A program made the position numbers and the translations under genes. From Marsupella aquatica (lineage: Eukaryota; Plantae; Marchantiophyta): a DNA stretch of 64,000 nucleotides. Of this stretch, positions 1-14,469 are shown one piece after another. Position 1 is the first letter of the stretch, and each line of letters opens with the position of its first letter. The notes beneath the pieces were generated by a model, which was not told the origin of the DNA, searched no databases, and was given only the letters and a program-made list of their open reading frames with translations. The stretch covers positions 10,776,695 to 10,840,694 of the forward strand of contig OZ316896.1 of assembly GCA_973895155.1 (NCBI GenBank), read 5' to 3'.

Positions 1-3000
1 AAGGACTTGGAGGCCAAGGTGTGGGCATCTTGGAGAGGTGGGGGCTGGTCGGAGGCTCTATGTAAGGCGCAAAACAGGAAGAATGACCAAAATATAGAAA
101 ATGTTGAAAATTAAAATAGACGTTGTTGCGCTAGTACTATTCCAAAAATGGTCATGTTTGAATTCATTTTGAAGCCCTCAATGAGCCCCATGTGAAACTG
201 ACGTTCTCTAGTTGATTTTAGGTCTATATCAAACAGTGACATCTTGAGGGACCTCAACGTCTGTAAAACAACAAACTAGACAATCTTGGAGTAGTAATGG
301 TGGGAGGGCCTTAGAAGAAAGGGACTCCCACAATTTCCCTTCCTCAATCCGTAGTTTCCAACAATTTTCCTTCCCCACTACGTAGAAGGGGCACTCCATA
401 GAAGGGGCACTATGTAGAAGAACACATCCGTAGAAGGGGCCCCCACACTTTGTTCCTCCCATTTTTCTCTATTCTCATTTGTGAGTTTCTCACCCATTCC
501 TAAACCCTAAACTTTTTCCCTATTGTGCTTGCTTTCAACGTGTGTACAGACCTTGGTTGTACGAACATCAGTTTTTTGGCCATCTCAAAATCAGGAGTCT
601 ATGGGCTTGTTGGAAAGAGCTCGCCAAGATGAATCCAACAATGTGTCACACGGCCAAAACGGAGCTAAGATGGGAGAGATACAACAGATCGCGTTTTTTG
701 ATAATACGGGGGTTTTGAGGTCGTACGGACGTCCGTATTGCAGGAGGTCCCGGCTTTGCAAGGGAAGGAGGAGGTAGCAGCACATATGGGGAACCTTGAT
801 CCATGCTTTTCAAAGTTGGGGCCCCCTGGTGTTGTATGGACGAAACGGAGGGAGACGGTGCCCCGTAAAAACTTAAACGATCATATCTTGGCCGTTTGAC
901 CTCCGTTTTGTGCATCGTTTACGGAGCCGTGATCAGGAAGAGGAGAGCTCCTCAGATATGTTTTCAGAAGTGAATTCTGAGAAAATTTTAGTTTCGACAA
1001 TTGTAGGGGGCCCCTCCTTTTATGGCGGACCAGTGGTGGCGATCAGGAGGATTGAGGCTAGTAGGTAGGATAGATAGATAGGATAGGAGGTGGTGGACTC
1101 AAGTGAGTCCTTGTTTAGCGGGGTGGTATTCACTCAAGAAAGTGATGAGGATGCTAACTCACTGGGCTCAAGCCATGACACTGTGAGTGATGAGGAGGAA
1201 GAGTAGTATGGGCGTACGGACTTGGTCGTACGGCCTTTCAATTTTGAATTTTTTTGAAAGTTTGGGTACTCACAGGCTTGTTGGAAACAACTCGCGGAGC
1301 TGATTCCAACAAGAGGCGGCGCTCCTCAAATGGAGCCAGGACGAGAAAGTTAGAGCCCCACGAAGTTGGTCAGTACGGGATACTAAAATGGCCATAACTT
1401 GGTCGTCCGATGTCCGTTTCGGGAGAGGTTTGGTGATTCATGATCAGGAGGAGCAGGGCTACCCAGGAATGTGCTCAGAGGTGCAATCAGAGTGGCACCA
1501 AGTTTTGGGCAATTGTGGAGTCCCTTGTATTTTCGCGGTTTACGGAGTGATTTTGTGGGGCACCGTCAAAGGCACCATGGGCCCCTTGGTTAGGTAGGGT
1601 TTAGGGGTATGTGTGTGCCACATACCGCTAGGGTTTAGTTGACATTTATCTGTTGGTGATAGGATTTTAGGCGGCGCCGTTAGGAGAAAGTGGCAGCATC
1701 CAAGTGCCATCGGGGTGCTTGGGTGTTTTGGTTTGTGATATTTATGGGGGGAGCCCCGTAGTAGTTAGGGGGAAACTCAGTTTGAAGTTAGAGGGAGGAT
1801 AGCGGATAGCATTAGGAGCTTGAGAGTGTGTTCAGAGTAGTGAGGTGGAAGCCATACTCATTGTCCAGGGAGGCAGGAGTTGGGTAGACGGCAGGAGGCC
1901 GGGTTACTCATGCAATGTGTATCACTTTCACCAAAAGATATGGATCTGGACATTTTACTTGATGGATTTCTTTTGTGTGATTCCTCTCCCTCTGCCTTCT
2001 CCGTAGTTGTGTTCTCACTTGTATGATTTGAAGACACTTGCATGGTTTGGGTCGGCCTTGTGAGTAGGGGTGGTGACAACACCCTTTGGATGACCCTGAG
2101 TGGAAATGAGAAGAGAGTAGTCGGCAGGACTTGATCAAAAGCTGTGGGGTGGAGTAATCGGTAGACTTGATCAAAACGTACATTTCCGGGAGCGAAAACT
2201 AAACTACTCATCCTTGGTGTAAGAATAATCCAAATAGCGTCCCTCCGTCGTAACCCGTACACGATACAAATGATTTAGTAGAGAAAACCACGTAGTTGTC
2301 GTCTTAATCATTTGATAAGCAAGTGACACTTGACTTAGTGATACCTTGCGGCGGAATTCCATTTTGCAAGAGATTGTTATGGATGTTGGTGTACCTGTGT
2401 TGTGTGTTGTGTGATTATATTTTTCTTGTTTACATGGTGTGCCGCGATGTGAGTTGTGTATGGATGTGTGTCCACACGACTCCCCCATGCTTTCTCTTCC
2501 ACATGCTAAACTATTGATGGGGAGCAGCCCATGGTACATATTCAGCTCCCAAAAGCCTCTCTCTTCTTCATCTTAGTCTTCTTTATTGTCTGAGATCATT
2601 TTCTGGAAATTTGCAGTCTATTGCTCCATAGCATCCACTGAGGGAAATATCTCACAAATCCCTAAAATTCCACCATGTCCGATGAGCCTACACACTGGAA
2701 ATGGTCTGAATGAAACCAACCTACTATAAGCAGAGGCAATGGCACAAACAAAAAGGATCTTCAATGTTTGATAATACCAAAGATTAGAGTGATGGTTGCT
2801 TCTCATCAAAAGAAGCTTGCGCATGGGATGCCAACCAGGACAACTGAACACAGTTTGAACCAGTCCTGGATGCTTTGATTTTAGCTCATGTTAACCAATG
2901 TTCAAATAGTGGTCAACCGATGGTGATTCAAGCTTGAAATGGGGCTGAAATGGGGACACTGCTATCTTCTGACCTCCAAATGGGGAAGCAAATTTGCGGA

Positions 3001-5373
3001 TAGTGGTCATAGTTGGCCCTGGAGATGCTCTTAGAAGCTAAGCACTTATTTGATAGCAAAATGACAAGTGGGGAGGGCTTTAAAAGTGGTTGGGGCAACA
3101 CCTTGTTAGGCAATGAGCATTGGGAGGGCCATGCATGAACAATGAGGAGAGGGCACAGTCAGGTACCAAGCCACCAAAAACTAATTTATGGTTGTGTTAA
3201 GGTGATTCATAAAACATAATCTTAACTCAAAAAAGGAATGATTCATTATTCTTCTCAGCATCAAAAACTTTTTGAACGGGAAACACTAGAATTAACAAGC
3301 TAATTCACTCTCGTGTGTGGATCGTCAAAGCTTTAGTTCTCTTGAAAAAGAGTTTTGTTGATTCATCTAGATGGGATAACCTAAAATCTTTCTAACAAGA
3401 TTTGGGGAAGGTTGCCTGAATTTTGAGCAACCTTATAGAGAACCCATACCTGCTAGGAATGAACATTTTTTTTTTTTTAATTTTTAATTTTGGTTTTTTT
3501 TTTTTTTTTTTTTTTAATGTTTTGACTTGCCCAGGTCTTTCATTTGATTATCATTTTTTGATCTCGTGTTTCAAGTAACCCCTTCACAGTATTTTTGGAA
3601 CTTTTTGTCTTTCCCAGTCAGCCACTTATTTCTTAGTTTGAAATGGACACTGTCTAGAGGAGCACTCAAACACCCCTCAATAAAAATGTCCACAACACCT
3701 GTGCTTGCTTAGGACGGAACCTTCTACCTTTTGGTTGCCAACAACCATGCACACCACACCTTTTTGTTCCCAACAACTATGTATACCACGGTATTTTCTG
3801 GATGATTGTTAAAATTTTAACAATAAAAGAATTTAATGGAAAAATTAGTGTAAGAGTAGATTTGTATACATTATTCACATAATATCTTCAGTTGGTAGCA
3901 TTGATTATTACTTTCACAAGTTGACTTACAGTAGTTGGCCAGAAGCCAGCGCCAGAGCGTGCCCTTTTTTGTCACTATGCAATAATACATATATTATAGA
4001 CATTATTGTTCTCTTCAGGAATAATGCTATTATTCTATCTTATTGTATCATTAAGATAGAATAATCGCATGTTTAATTTGCTTTAGAACAAGATTCTGAA
4101 GCAAGTTCCAGGATTAACATGTTATTTCCATAGACACAACCTCTTTCCTATCTTGTGAATTTACTCAGCTAGAGGAGAGGCTGACTAGGTCCCGTATTAA
4201 TCCTCTGTCCCTTATAGCTAGAATGAAATTTGTTCTATTGGACTACTGTTTGGAATTCCCTCCAGACCTGAGCCTACTTTTCTGTTTTTTTAATTTAGTT
4301 TTAATTTGTTGCCTATTGTTCTGTAGTCCTCATATAATTTGTACTTTATCTTGCTAAGGTCTTGTTTCTGTTTTTTAAGAATCATCCATGTGAAATTTGA
4401 TGTTGACCCCCTTACACATTTTCAATTTTGTTTTTCCCCCAATTTTATGCCAACTTCCTAAAATTATTATTGGTTTTTTTCCATGACTAGCCCCGACTAC
4501 TTGTTCTTTGAACATGAATTTAATAAGTATACATGTCAAACCGTATGGCTTGCACGGTGGTAATCATAGTCGTAAATTTGACCAAGCCGCTCATTTTGGC
4601 GCATTCCAAACTATTTGTTTTAAAACTGTATTCGACATATTTTTCCGTTTGGTCTTTTTGGGACTTGATGTTTGAGGAGAGCGGAGGTTGGAGGAGAGCG
4701 CACAAATGAATGTGATGTGGAAAAGCACTGCCAGGACAAAGGGTTTGGGAGGAGCTAATGATGGCAAAGTTGAATCAAGGGAGTCTTGGTGTTTATTTTA
4801 ATTGTTGGAGGCATTGGGGGTTTGTTATGGGATCTTAATTGCAATTTTGAGTCATTGTTCTCCTTTGTCCATTGTATCTTAGAACAAATTTTGTCATTTT
4901 CTCCCCTTTGAATTCAAGACAGGGCTAGGCAATAGCATTTCAACTCTAGGCAATCACCATTATTTAGCTTAGACTCCAATTCAATCAAAATCAGATGTGA
5001 ACAATTCACCCCTATTGGCTGTTGGACTCCAATTAGACCTACTTGGAGCTGATGAGTCAGGGCCGAAGTAGTCAGATACCCCGTCAAACTCTCTTGTTGT
5101 GATGAACTTTTCTGTAGCAATGAGCACTTGAGTTTGTTTAAACCATAGTGACAACAAGTTTAGCAGCACATGTCAGGGAGGAGCAATTGCAATTCTACTT
5201 GAATGAAGTCTCAAATGGCAATGCTCCAACAATTTGAAATGGTGTGCAAATTTGGAAGGGTGTGTGCAGTTGGGTGCAATGTGCCATTTACCCCAAACAA
5301 ATGGCACCCTATTTGCAAATAACTACATTGCTGACAAATATGCTAAGTGTACGTAATCTGAAGACGACGTTCA

Positions 5374-5730
5374 CAATGTCTTCCAAAACCACCAGTGTTG
5401 ACCATTCACCCCTGCCCTAATGGTATGGGTGAGCAAAACATACTCTCACTAAGACTTGAGTATAAGTGTGATCTTGAGACAATATGGACATTGTCTTCTA
5501 AAACCACTAGTATTGGTTAGTCACCCCTGCCCTAACAGCACGGGTGAGCAAAAATTGTTCTTGCTGCTAAGTGTGATCTGAAGACAATATGGACATTGTC
5601 TTCCAAAAACACACAGGCGTTGGCCATTCCCCCCCCCCCCCCCGGCCATGCCCAAATGGCATGGGTGAGCAAAATTTGCTCTCGCTGCTAAGTGTGATTT
5701 GTGACATTGTGTTCCAAATCCACTAGTGTC
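5374..5730. repeat. Degenerate tandem repeat (~105-115 bp, ~3.5 copies)
   Basis: cattgtcttccaaaacc...cacccctgccctaa...gggtgagcaaaa recurs. Confidence 0.8.
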
Positions 5731-7259
5731 ACCGACATGACACAACGTATTGCCTCCTGACTTGTCAAACCCTAAACTCTGAAATAATTTGAATCCATAA
5801 TCCATAATGTCCTTACCCAAAACTGCATACATGCAGCCCCTGCATGCCACACTTAGTATTGTACCATGGGTTGTACTCCCTTAGGAAATAGTTGCTTTTT
5901 AGCCGGTTCTATTTTCCAACTCCCAGAAAAAAGTTCGATTCTATTCTTCTATGATCTTCTCATGCTGCACACTCTTGGGGCAAGGTTGATAGTTGTGTGC
6001 ACCTTTTGAACAATGGATATTGAGTCATGGTCTGGTTGTGTACATGGATGCGATTATTGTTGGGCAGAAGGTGGAATGAAATACTAGAACTCTGCAACTT
6101 GCTGCATCCTGTCAGCATGCTTATACAAATTTGCTTATTGGGGCTTTACAATGAGAGGACAAACAGTATACATTTGTTAGAATATAGCTTCCAAGCTTCT
6201 GAAGTACTGAGGGGCTTGGGTGGAGAAGGCAATAATGTATTTCAAGAGTTTGACAAGACAAACTATTATGATACCCTTGAGGTGGTCAAAATTTTGGCCA
6301 CAAAATAGTGTACAGGTCACCATTTTGGCATTACTCACCAGGACAAGGGCCATGTAGGTTCAGGCATACTAGTGTTGAAGTGACTACCATGAGTCTATTG
6401 TTTACAGTAAAGTATTGGTCAAACTTTGGATCAGCTCAATATGAAAGTTATTCTATGTTTTTACTAAAATTAGCAAAAACAAATTTCTTCTTAGGCTTTG
6501 AAGTGTATTAAGGTCCTGAAAACTACAAGGTCTACAGCATTACGGGCAATAATGTCCAGGCTACCTTATGGCCATTATGGGCAATAGCAGCCCCTCAGAA
6601 CTCCAGCCAGAGCTCCCTTGTTTTGGGGTATTATAGCACACAATGCCTCACTGTAAATATGACTTTACTACATACATAATGCCCTCATTCTAGGTGATTT
6701 TTTTATTTAGGAAAACCCTCTCAACCTTGAAGCAACCCAATGCCCTAGGTGTGGGACATCACCAAAAGTTAAAGCACCTTTGGCCAAAGCCATCTACACT
6801 GTTAATTGTGATTAGTGTTACTAACACTAATTCAAGGCAGAGATTAAATTATGCGCTCTACTTATGGATTAATATTACTCACACTGGTTCCTGACTTCTT
6901 TTCTTCCAAGGTAGCACATGTGAAGGTTTTTTGGGGGGGTTTAGCAAAAGAGTTAAACAAATTGTGGAAGAATATTAGGGGTGTTTGAATTCAGTTTTGA
7001 GAATTATGATAATTATAGGTTTTTCTTAAAAAAACATGAGAATATTCCAAAAAGTTTGGCGTAAAAATCCCCTTTTAAAAACTTTATTTTGTAAGTTTTA
7101 GGGGTTTTGTAGGCTCAATGTCAACCTTGCAGCAGCACAATCCAGCAGCTATGGCAGCAACACAGCATCATGATGAAGCGCCGATGCTGGGGCAGCAAGT
7201 AGCAAAGTGAAGCGGAGCTGAGGCAGCAAGGTCATCCAAAGCCACGGCAGCGATGACCC

Positions 7260-8905
7260 TGTTACTTACAAAGGTAGTGCAATGTGCCCTCATTTTCTTG
7301 TGAGAAAACGAGGCCCGATGCTCATCAGCGCCGTGAGCTCGACTGTGAGGACCCGTGATGCCTGGAAGGAGTCGCGGAACTCGACTACCTTAACACTTAG
7401 CTCCGGCGTCGTTGACTCTGACGCCAAGCTCCCTTATGGTCCAGGCCCGGATAGGCCATCTGGGGAGGACTTAGCATGGGGAGACATGTGGGCAATGAGA
7501 CGTGGCACTAGCGAAGGCAAGGCGCCGAACTGGTGACACACACTAAGGACTCAGACTAGATGGGAGCTGGTCGGTCAAGGGGAAAAGGGTCAGGCTCAAA
7601 GTTGACCGTTCGGACCCCTGGATGCACTTTGAGTTCTGAGGGCTTGAGTGAGAGCTCCTCTTGGGCCCAAGGCCAATGGAGTTGACGCCTGGGGCAACGG
7701 ATGCTTGGGGCGCTAGTTATGGCCCGATCCGAGTTTGGCCAATCGGGGGCCCTGAGCGGCGATGAGATCTGAGGGCCTAGGCATGAGCACTGGGTTGGCC
7801 CGATCATAACGGGCTAAGGCACTCTGCTTGCGAACGCCTAACTAGGAAGTTATGGGCGTTGCTAGTTGGTGGCGCGCCCAGACATGCGGGATAGGATCTG
7901 GGTTGCGGCCAAAAAAGTTGAGGACCAAAGTTGGTCCGGGGGTGGCAGGTCTCCAGAAGCATATATGAGGGAAGTGGTGTCTCCCTAGGGGCTAAGGGCG
8001 AGCCAAAGTCGTGAGCCGCGGTGGTCGCGACACTAAGGGAAAATGCCAAACGGAAACGACGATATCTTCCCAATGGTGCATTGGAAAGCTCTCAAGGAGG
8101 GCGACATACTCCTAAGCTCAGTTGGGTCTTGAGGAGCCATGGGTTCTCAAGGTTTGCGGGTGTTATCACGCCCGCTTGCCAAATCCTACCGAAACAGCAG
8201 CCAAGCCACGTTCAGTCCAAAGCTTGCGTTGGGGAGGCAAGGCCAAGTAGGTGTGGAGGTTGAGTTCCAAGGGCACTTGGCCCCTAGACCATCAGTGGGG
8301 CGAGAACCGGGAGTTGGTTGCTAGAGTCGGGGCCATTCTGGTCCCGACGTGTTGGGACAAGCTTGGGGCAAGCTTTAGGACAAGCTACGCTATTTGGGCC
8401 ATGAGCATGTCCTGGGGTCAGGGCGGTCAATTGGGGATGGATAGGTACAAGGGGGAACCCGGGCCGAGCCCAAGGAGGGAGTTGTTCCGGACAAACAGTG
8501 GGCGTTGGTTTGGTTCAGGCTTATGGCATCGGGAGGACCTATCGCTGACCTACTTACCAATGTCTGTTGAGCTTGAGTTAGGATGCTAGACTTGGGGATA
8601 TCTAGATCCTGAAGGGTTACTTACCGAGACGTTTGGTTGCTTGTGCACACAGTGAGGACCGTTGAGTAGCGGTCGTGTCGGAGAGCAAGTGCGGCTTCGT
8701 ATGGGAGGGGCCGCTGGTGGTGCTAGGGCACTAGGTTGCTTGCTCGAGGTATTCTGTGGAGACGTTCGAACACCAGGGGCACTTAGGCATAGGTGCTGGG
8801 ATTGGTGAAGGCGCCCGGTGGCTGGACTGCACAAACCTGCCAAATGAGGGCCGACCCAGGTTAGAGTGAGGGGAAGGGGGCCTGCTGGATTTTCCCCCAG
8901 AAACA
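7260..8905. mobile_element. Possible solo LTR or other non-coding repeat insertion
   Basis: A sharply bounded GC-rich block of about 1.65 kb beginning TGTT and ending AACA, with no credible ORF. No TSD, PBS or PPT found. Confidence 0.3.
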
Positions 8906-9287
8906 TTTTGGATTGTTGGATGATGCGTAGTTAACTAGGGGTGGTGAACTAAACTGGAGTCTGGAAAACAGTGGCATTGTAGTCAATACACTAAAAAGTG
9001 TGGCACATTGTGATATTCGGACTAATAAGGTGACAATCTAGTAAAAACCAGTTTTGAAAAATTCACAAGATTTAATGTTACTTTAAACTCAAGATCACCT
9101 ATTTTAGCTAGCGCCTGAAACCAAAGTGAAAAAAGTATTTTGGAAAACTGACAAGAATTAAGGTTACTTTTGACTCAAGATCACTTTCACCAAAATTAGT
9201 GTTAGTTACAATAACTTGGTAGTAGTGCTAATTTTTACATAATACTAATTAGTGTGAAGTGTTGCTTTGTTGGGGAGAACTGCTGTC

Positions 9288-9750
9288 AGTAGTGCCTTTG
9301 GCATCAGGGCCCTTTCTGGAGTATCTGCAGCCCCTCTCCACTGATTGAAAGCCCCTCTAGCTTTATTTGGGAGAACGAGTGCCTTTGGCATCAGGGTCAA
9401 TTTTTTTAGTATCTGCAGCCTCTTTCTCCACTGATTGAAGGCCCCTCTGGCTAAAGCCCTCAGTCGACAGTAGCTTTATTTGGGAAAACGAGTGCCCTTG
9501 GCATCAGGGTAATTTTTTTGGAGTATCTGGGGCACCTCTCTCCACTAGTTAAAAGCACCTTTGGGTAAAGCCTTTAGCTTTACGTGGGAGAACGAGAACC
9601 TTTGCCATGAGCGTCGCTTTTTTGGAGTATCTGCAGCCCTGTCGCCACTTATTGAAAGCCCCTTTTAAAGCCCTCCAACTTCATTTGGTCGACCAGTGCC
9701 TTCGGCATCAGGGTCGTTTTTTCGAGTACTTGTAGCCCCTCTCTCCACTA
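9288..9750. repeat. Degenerate tandem repeat (~90-110 bp, 5 copies)
   Basis: gtgcctttggcatcaggg...gtatctgcagcc...ctctccact...aaagcccct recurs at about 9291, 9379, 9491, 9595 and 9695. Confidence 0.82.
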
Positions 9751-12700
9751 CAGTAGAACCTCATAGATGCCCATCCCTGAAAATTTATAGTATCTCCAGC
9801 CAGTAGAATCTAGACCTCCTTCTCTCTACTGCATCCCTATGGATCCTCATGCTTGCCCATGCTGGTTCAACAAACTAAATATTCCCAACAAGAGCCAAAC
9901 TATAGGGATCGTAGCCCTGATCCTCCAATCATTCCCAGAGATGACTTTTCTCAAAATGATCTGCATAACTCATATCCAGCTAACTTACAATGTGAGCATT
10001 CATCTCAGATAGCCCCTTCCCAGCACTCAAACTTCGGTATTTTATATTATGGATGGATGTTCTCTTCACCGAACACAACATAAAGCAACAAATCAAAAAG
10101 GCATGTGTAGCATAAAGCAACGGATAGAGAAAACAGGAAAAAAAGACACGGCCCACCTTGGGGTTGAACAGGAAGAACACGCCATATCCCACTAGCCCCA
10201 CCTTGGAGGGGAAAAGGAAGAAAACCCAGTTTAGTACAACCGTACCTGTGGGGCACGGTGGCAGCTGGTGTGGGACCCTGGGTGTCAGGTGGACTAAGTG
10301 CCATACCAATGTACTCCAGATGGACCAGATGGATACTTTGAATAACACAAGCGCATTCCCAGGAATGTTTCTATATCTGACTGAGTCCTTACAAGAAGAC
10401 TGTCTCTCTAATGGTAGCCATTCAAATGGGGGAACAGGTCTTCAAGATTGGGGGACAATCTGGCAAACCAATACCAATCAATGTCACCTTCAAGTGGTGT
10501 TTTTTTTTTGCTGATGTTTACTTATAAAAAACTTAGACCAGCTCAATCTCTAAAGAATGGATAGCTTGGTCCATTTCTATTCATGGTCTTGCGTTTAGTA
10601 CCTCCAGTCCTGGCACATTTTGGCTCGGGCTTGTTGACTTCAGTGTATGCAATGGGTGAATGGCCACTATTTGTGCCTTAACGTTGTTGTAAAGCCCCCC
10701 TCAGAAAATGAGTGAGTGGCTAATTGAGGCTTTACCTGGCATTTATTTGAGCGGGGGATCAAGAGCTGCAGCACACAAACAGAGGCTCGTCCACATAGGT
10801 TCCCATTCATTTTCAATTTTATGAGGGCCCTTCAAGTCTCCTATGATGAGACAGTCCAAAGAAACAAGGGGATGGTGGAGGAGTTCCCCACACTGTCTTG
10901 CCTGCCAAGTCGATCTGGCATGCACAGAGCAAACTATGTGAGGCCCTGAGAACGGCTATAAAGGTGGAGCAATTTGGTCAAGATTCAAATCTAAATTGTC
11001 AAGGTCTGACTCCCTTATCTCGTCACCTGCCTGGGTGTCTACAATGCTGGTGGGAGTGCTCTAGGAACAGGAGAAGAAGAAGGAGGGGGAGGGTGAGGAG
11101 GGGGAGGAGGAGGAGGAGGAGGAGGGAAGAAAACTTTTACTAGGCCTTTCTCCAAACAAGTCTATCCCATTTTTCCATAGTGGGCATAAAATTGACAACT
11201 AAATCTTTGTCCTTAAATAGGCAAAACCAAGGGATGAGCAAAACAAAGGCTGGATTTTCCCCCCATTTTCAGCCTGTCCCTTGTGCCCAATCTATGGATA
11301 GATGGACCTGAGCTGATGATGAAGTGTATGATCCAAGTGCTAAGAGCATTCCCACCGGGGACGACATTGCTGACTATATCATCACATTGGTGATTCTAAA
11401 ACTAAGAATTTAGCTGCCATCAAGTGACTACATCTAGGTTCAAGGTAGGTTGGGATCACAGATCTAGTGACTACTATGAAAATTGCGGCAGATGTGATGC
11501 TTCCTTTATAGTCACTACTATTCATTTGTGATGTAAGTACTTGATAGCAGGCTTGATAGGGAAATCATTGAATGATGGAGGGCCATTCATTGAGGATTGA
11601 CTAGATTAGTTCTATTCTGGCACTTTATTTCCATTTTGGCACCATTTTGCCCTGCAGATGGAAGGAAGGACAAAAATATGAACCTATCCAGCTCGGTGTG
11701 AATCCTGCCATAGTTCCTTCCCCCTGTTTTGCCCTGTGGATAGAAGGAAGGAAATGCTGTGCTGAGCTTTCCTACAATCTTTTCCCCTGTTGCCCACCAT
11801 TTTGTTTAGTCCCTATTACCCCCTAGTTAGATGAAAGGAAGTGCTCTGCTGGGCCTTCATTCAATCCTTTGCCCAGATGCCCACCATTTGGCAACACTGC
11901 TGTAATCCCTATCACCCTTTATTTCCACAAAATCTTTAGTTTGCATAACAATATACTTTCTGCAATGATATATTTTTTTTCTCTTTGGCACAATGACCTC
12001 TTTATGAAATATATCCTCAATATAATCTTTTATGCAACGTCATCTTTTGGGTAACGATGTCTTTTACACAATAACATATTTTGTATAACAACATCTCTCG
12101 TGTAAGGCTTAGATATTGAGATACTTCTGCATAATGACCAATCACCCAAACCTTCAAATATGTTTTGTATAGCCCTTACTGGCTGATGGTAGGAATTATA
12201 AAACATTATCAAAAAATAAACTGAGAAATTAGTATCAACTAAGACTTTCCCCTCAAGTGCTTTCAATACTTAATGGTTCACCATTGGATCAATCCAAACT
12301 AGCCAGAGTTTCATCAACAGTGACAAAAAAGTCAAAATATCATGATTTAACACAAATAGTGACAAAGTATCCAATTCTATCCTTTTGGTGCCCCTCAACC
12401 CTATGATTGACCTAGGATGCGGTACACAACAAGAACACACAAGAATCTGTAAATCAGGTTGGACTTATCTAGACACAGGTTGGACTTATCTGGACAATCT
12501 CATAAACAAGTTGCTATAATGGTGAATCCACCTTTCAAATTTTGTCTTATCCATATTTTTTGTGTCATGTATTTTTATTTAAATGTGCCTTATCAAGGGG
12601 CAGCCTTTGTAACATATATATTTTCCATTGATTTTTAGACCCCTTTAATTTTAGGTATTCTAGAGTATTTTGAATTTATTTTGGCAGCCCCCTTCTAACT

Positions 12701-13444
12701 TTTAAAGTTTGGGATCTCTTAGAGATGAAACCAACGAGCTTTGAGCTCCTGTCTATAGGTTTTGAGCTCCTGGCCATGGAGTTCAGACTGTAGCACAGTT
12801 TTTGCGTCATTTTGACTACCCTCTCGCACTCAGTTTTTCTCGGAATCCATTTTTCTCAATTGCGTTAGCTTGCTCTTGCCGAGGCGCATCAAAATTGATA
12901 TAAAACACGTCAAAAACGGTGTCGTATCGACATACTTATGGTCACATTCGTTTTCGCTGTTTTTCAGCCATTTTTCTATGATTTTTGCCTTCCTTTCGAC
13001 GATCATATCTTGGTCAATCTTTCACGGATTTCAGATTTCTCAAGTGCTTTGTATAGCTCTTCTCCGGGAGAATCAGATTGATCCCAAGAGCGGTCCAATT
13101 GGTCTCATATTGCCCCGATTGGACTTTGATTAGCTTTCACATTTTTTTTCAAGTTCAACCGTACTCACTTTCAATTAGCTTTGGGGTCCTATAGCAGTTC
13201 CTCGTTCACGGAATCAGGCATTCTCATGTGATTTGGCCAGCTCTTGTCCAGGAGTGCAACATCTATCCCTACCGCGGTCCTTTTGGTGACATATCAACCA
13301 CTTTCGGCTCCGATTACGATTCTGATTTACTCCTCCATTTTTGGTGACGGTTTCCCTTGATCAACTTTGGAGCATTCTTGTATTGCCACGTTTCTCCTCC
13401 GATGGAGTGTGATTGCCCATCAACCAAGCAAAACTTGCTTGTGC

Positions 13445-14199
13445 ACTAAAGCTGACTAAGCCAACTTCATCATTTAGATCATTTTGTGCTGTCTAAATTC
13501 ATTTCTATTGCAATGGATACAAATAGCTGCAATGGATACAAATAGATGGTCTATTTTGGTGGAATCTTAGTACTAATGAAGGCCAAATTTGAGAATTAAA
13601 CAAATGTCAGTGAATGATTAGCTTTCCACATAAGATACATATTGGGACACAAATGCATTCTAAGCCAATTTACCTAAGCCGACTTTAAGCCAATTTGACC
13701 TAGGAAAATTAGACCTGAGCTGACCTCACCTACTCCAATCTGACCAGAGAAAACCTTGGCTAAGCCAAGTTGGCCTTTGCCAACCTAATCTATGTAAGCC
13801 AACTTCAAAATTTAGACCTGTCCAGCTTTGCGCATTTTTAATTTCATTTCTATTGGCTAAAAAGGTGTGAATTTATTGCCTGATAGTACAGACATAGCCG
13901 TGTACTCTGGTAAAAGATCAGTGCCACTAGAGCTTGAAGTTGAGAAATAAAAATGTACAAAGATATATAAAATAGACTCAAAAATAGACAAAGCTAACCA
14001 GTGATCAGTTTGCCGCACTATACACAAATGTCTTCTATGTAAGGCCAATGACACCTAAGATGATTTCACCTAAGGCAGCTGATTTACCTAAGTTGACCTT
14101 AAGTTAACCTGACCTAAGCAGATCTGACCTCAGCCAAAATTTATCTGGTTAGTTTGTCGCAAAAGACATGATTAATGCCTTCTAAGCTGATTTGACCTA
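13445..14199. repeat. Degenerate ~15-bp (gacctaagc-core) repeat that the transposon inserted into; continues at 35496-35560
   Basis: Many gacctaagc / ctaagcc / tgacct variants left of the element, and gcagatctgacctaagcc...tgatctgacctagg right of it. Confidence 0.7.
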
Positions 14200-14223
14200 A
14201 ACCCCAATTTAAGGAAAACCGAA
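14200..14223 (+). repeat. Left terminal inverted repeat (preceded by TSD CCTA 14196-14199)
   Basis: aaccccaatttaaggaaaaccgaa; inverted match to 35472-35495. Confidence 0.9.
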
Positions 14224-14469
14224 CTTTGGAAATTCCGAAAATCACTAAATATTATTATTTTAATAAAAAGGGGGCGACATGACGCGTGGCTGCACGTGAA
14301 ACCCTGAAAATGACTGCAACGTCACATTTTAACCAATCCAACTTGACGGGACCAAGAGACATGCTCACGCGAATAATAATAATAATAGAGAAATAAATCT
14401 TTGAGATCCTTTATATATGATAACCAGTATATAAGGAGTTTACAAATAGTTTCTAGAACGACATACAAA

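Noticed and set aside
225-2270. Possible LTR-like block at the window start
   Set aside because: It looks repeat-derived, but no convincing TG...CA ends, TSD, PBS or coding domain could be fixed.
9980-10700. Possible LINE 3' remnant (HSWEC and IWSIW-like words on the minus strand); similar 3'-tail-like text at 57860-58445
   Set aside because: Too degenerate, with no continuous RT or endonuclease frame and no TSD.
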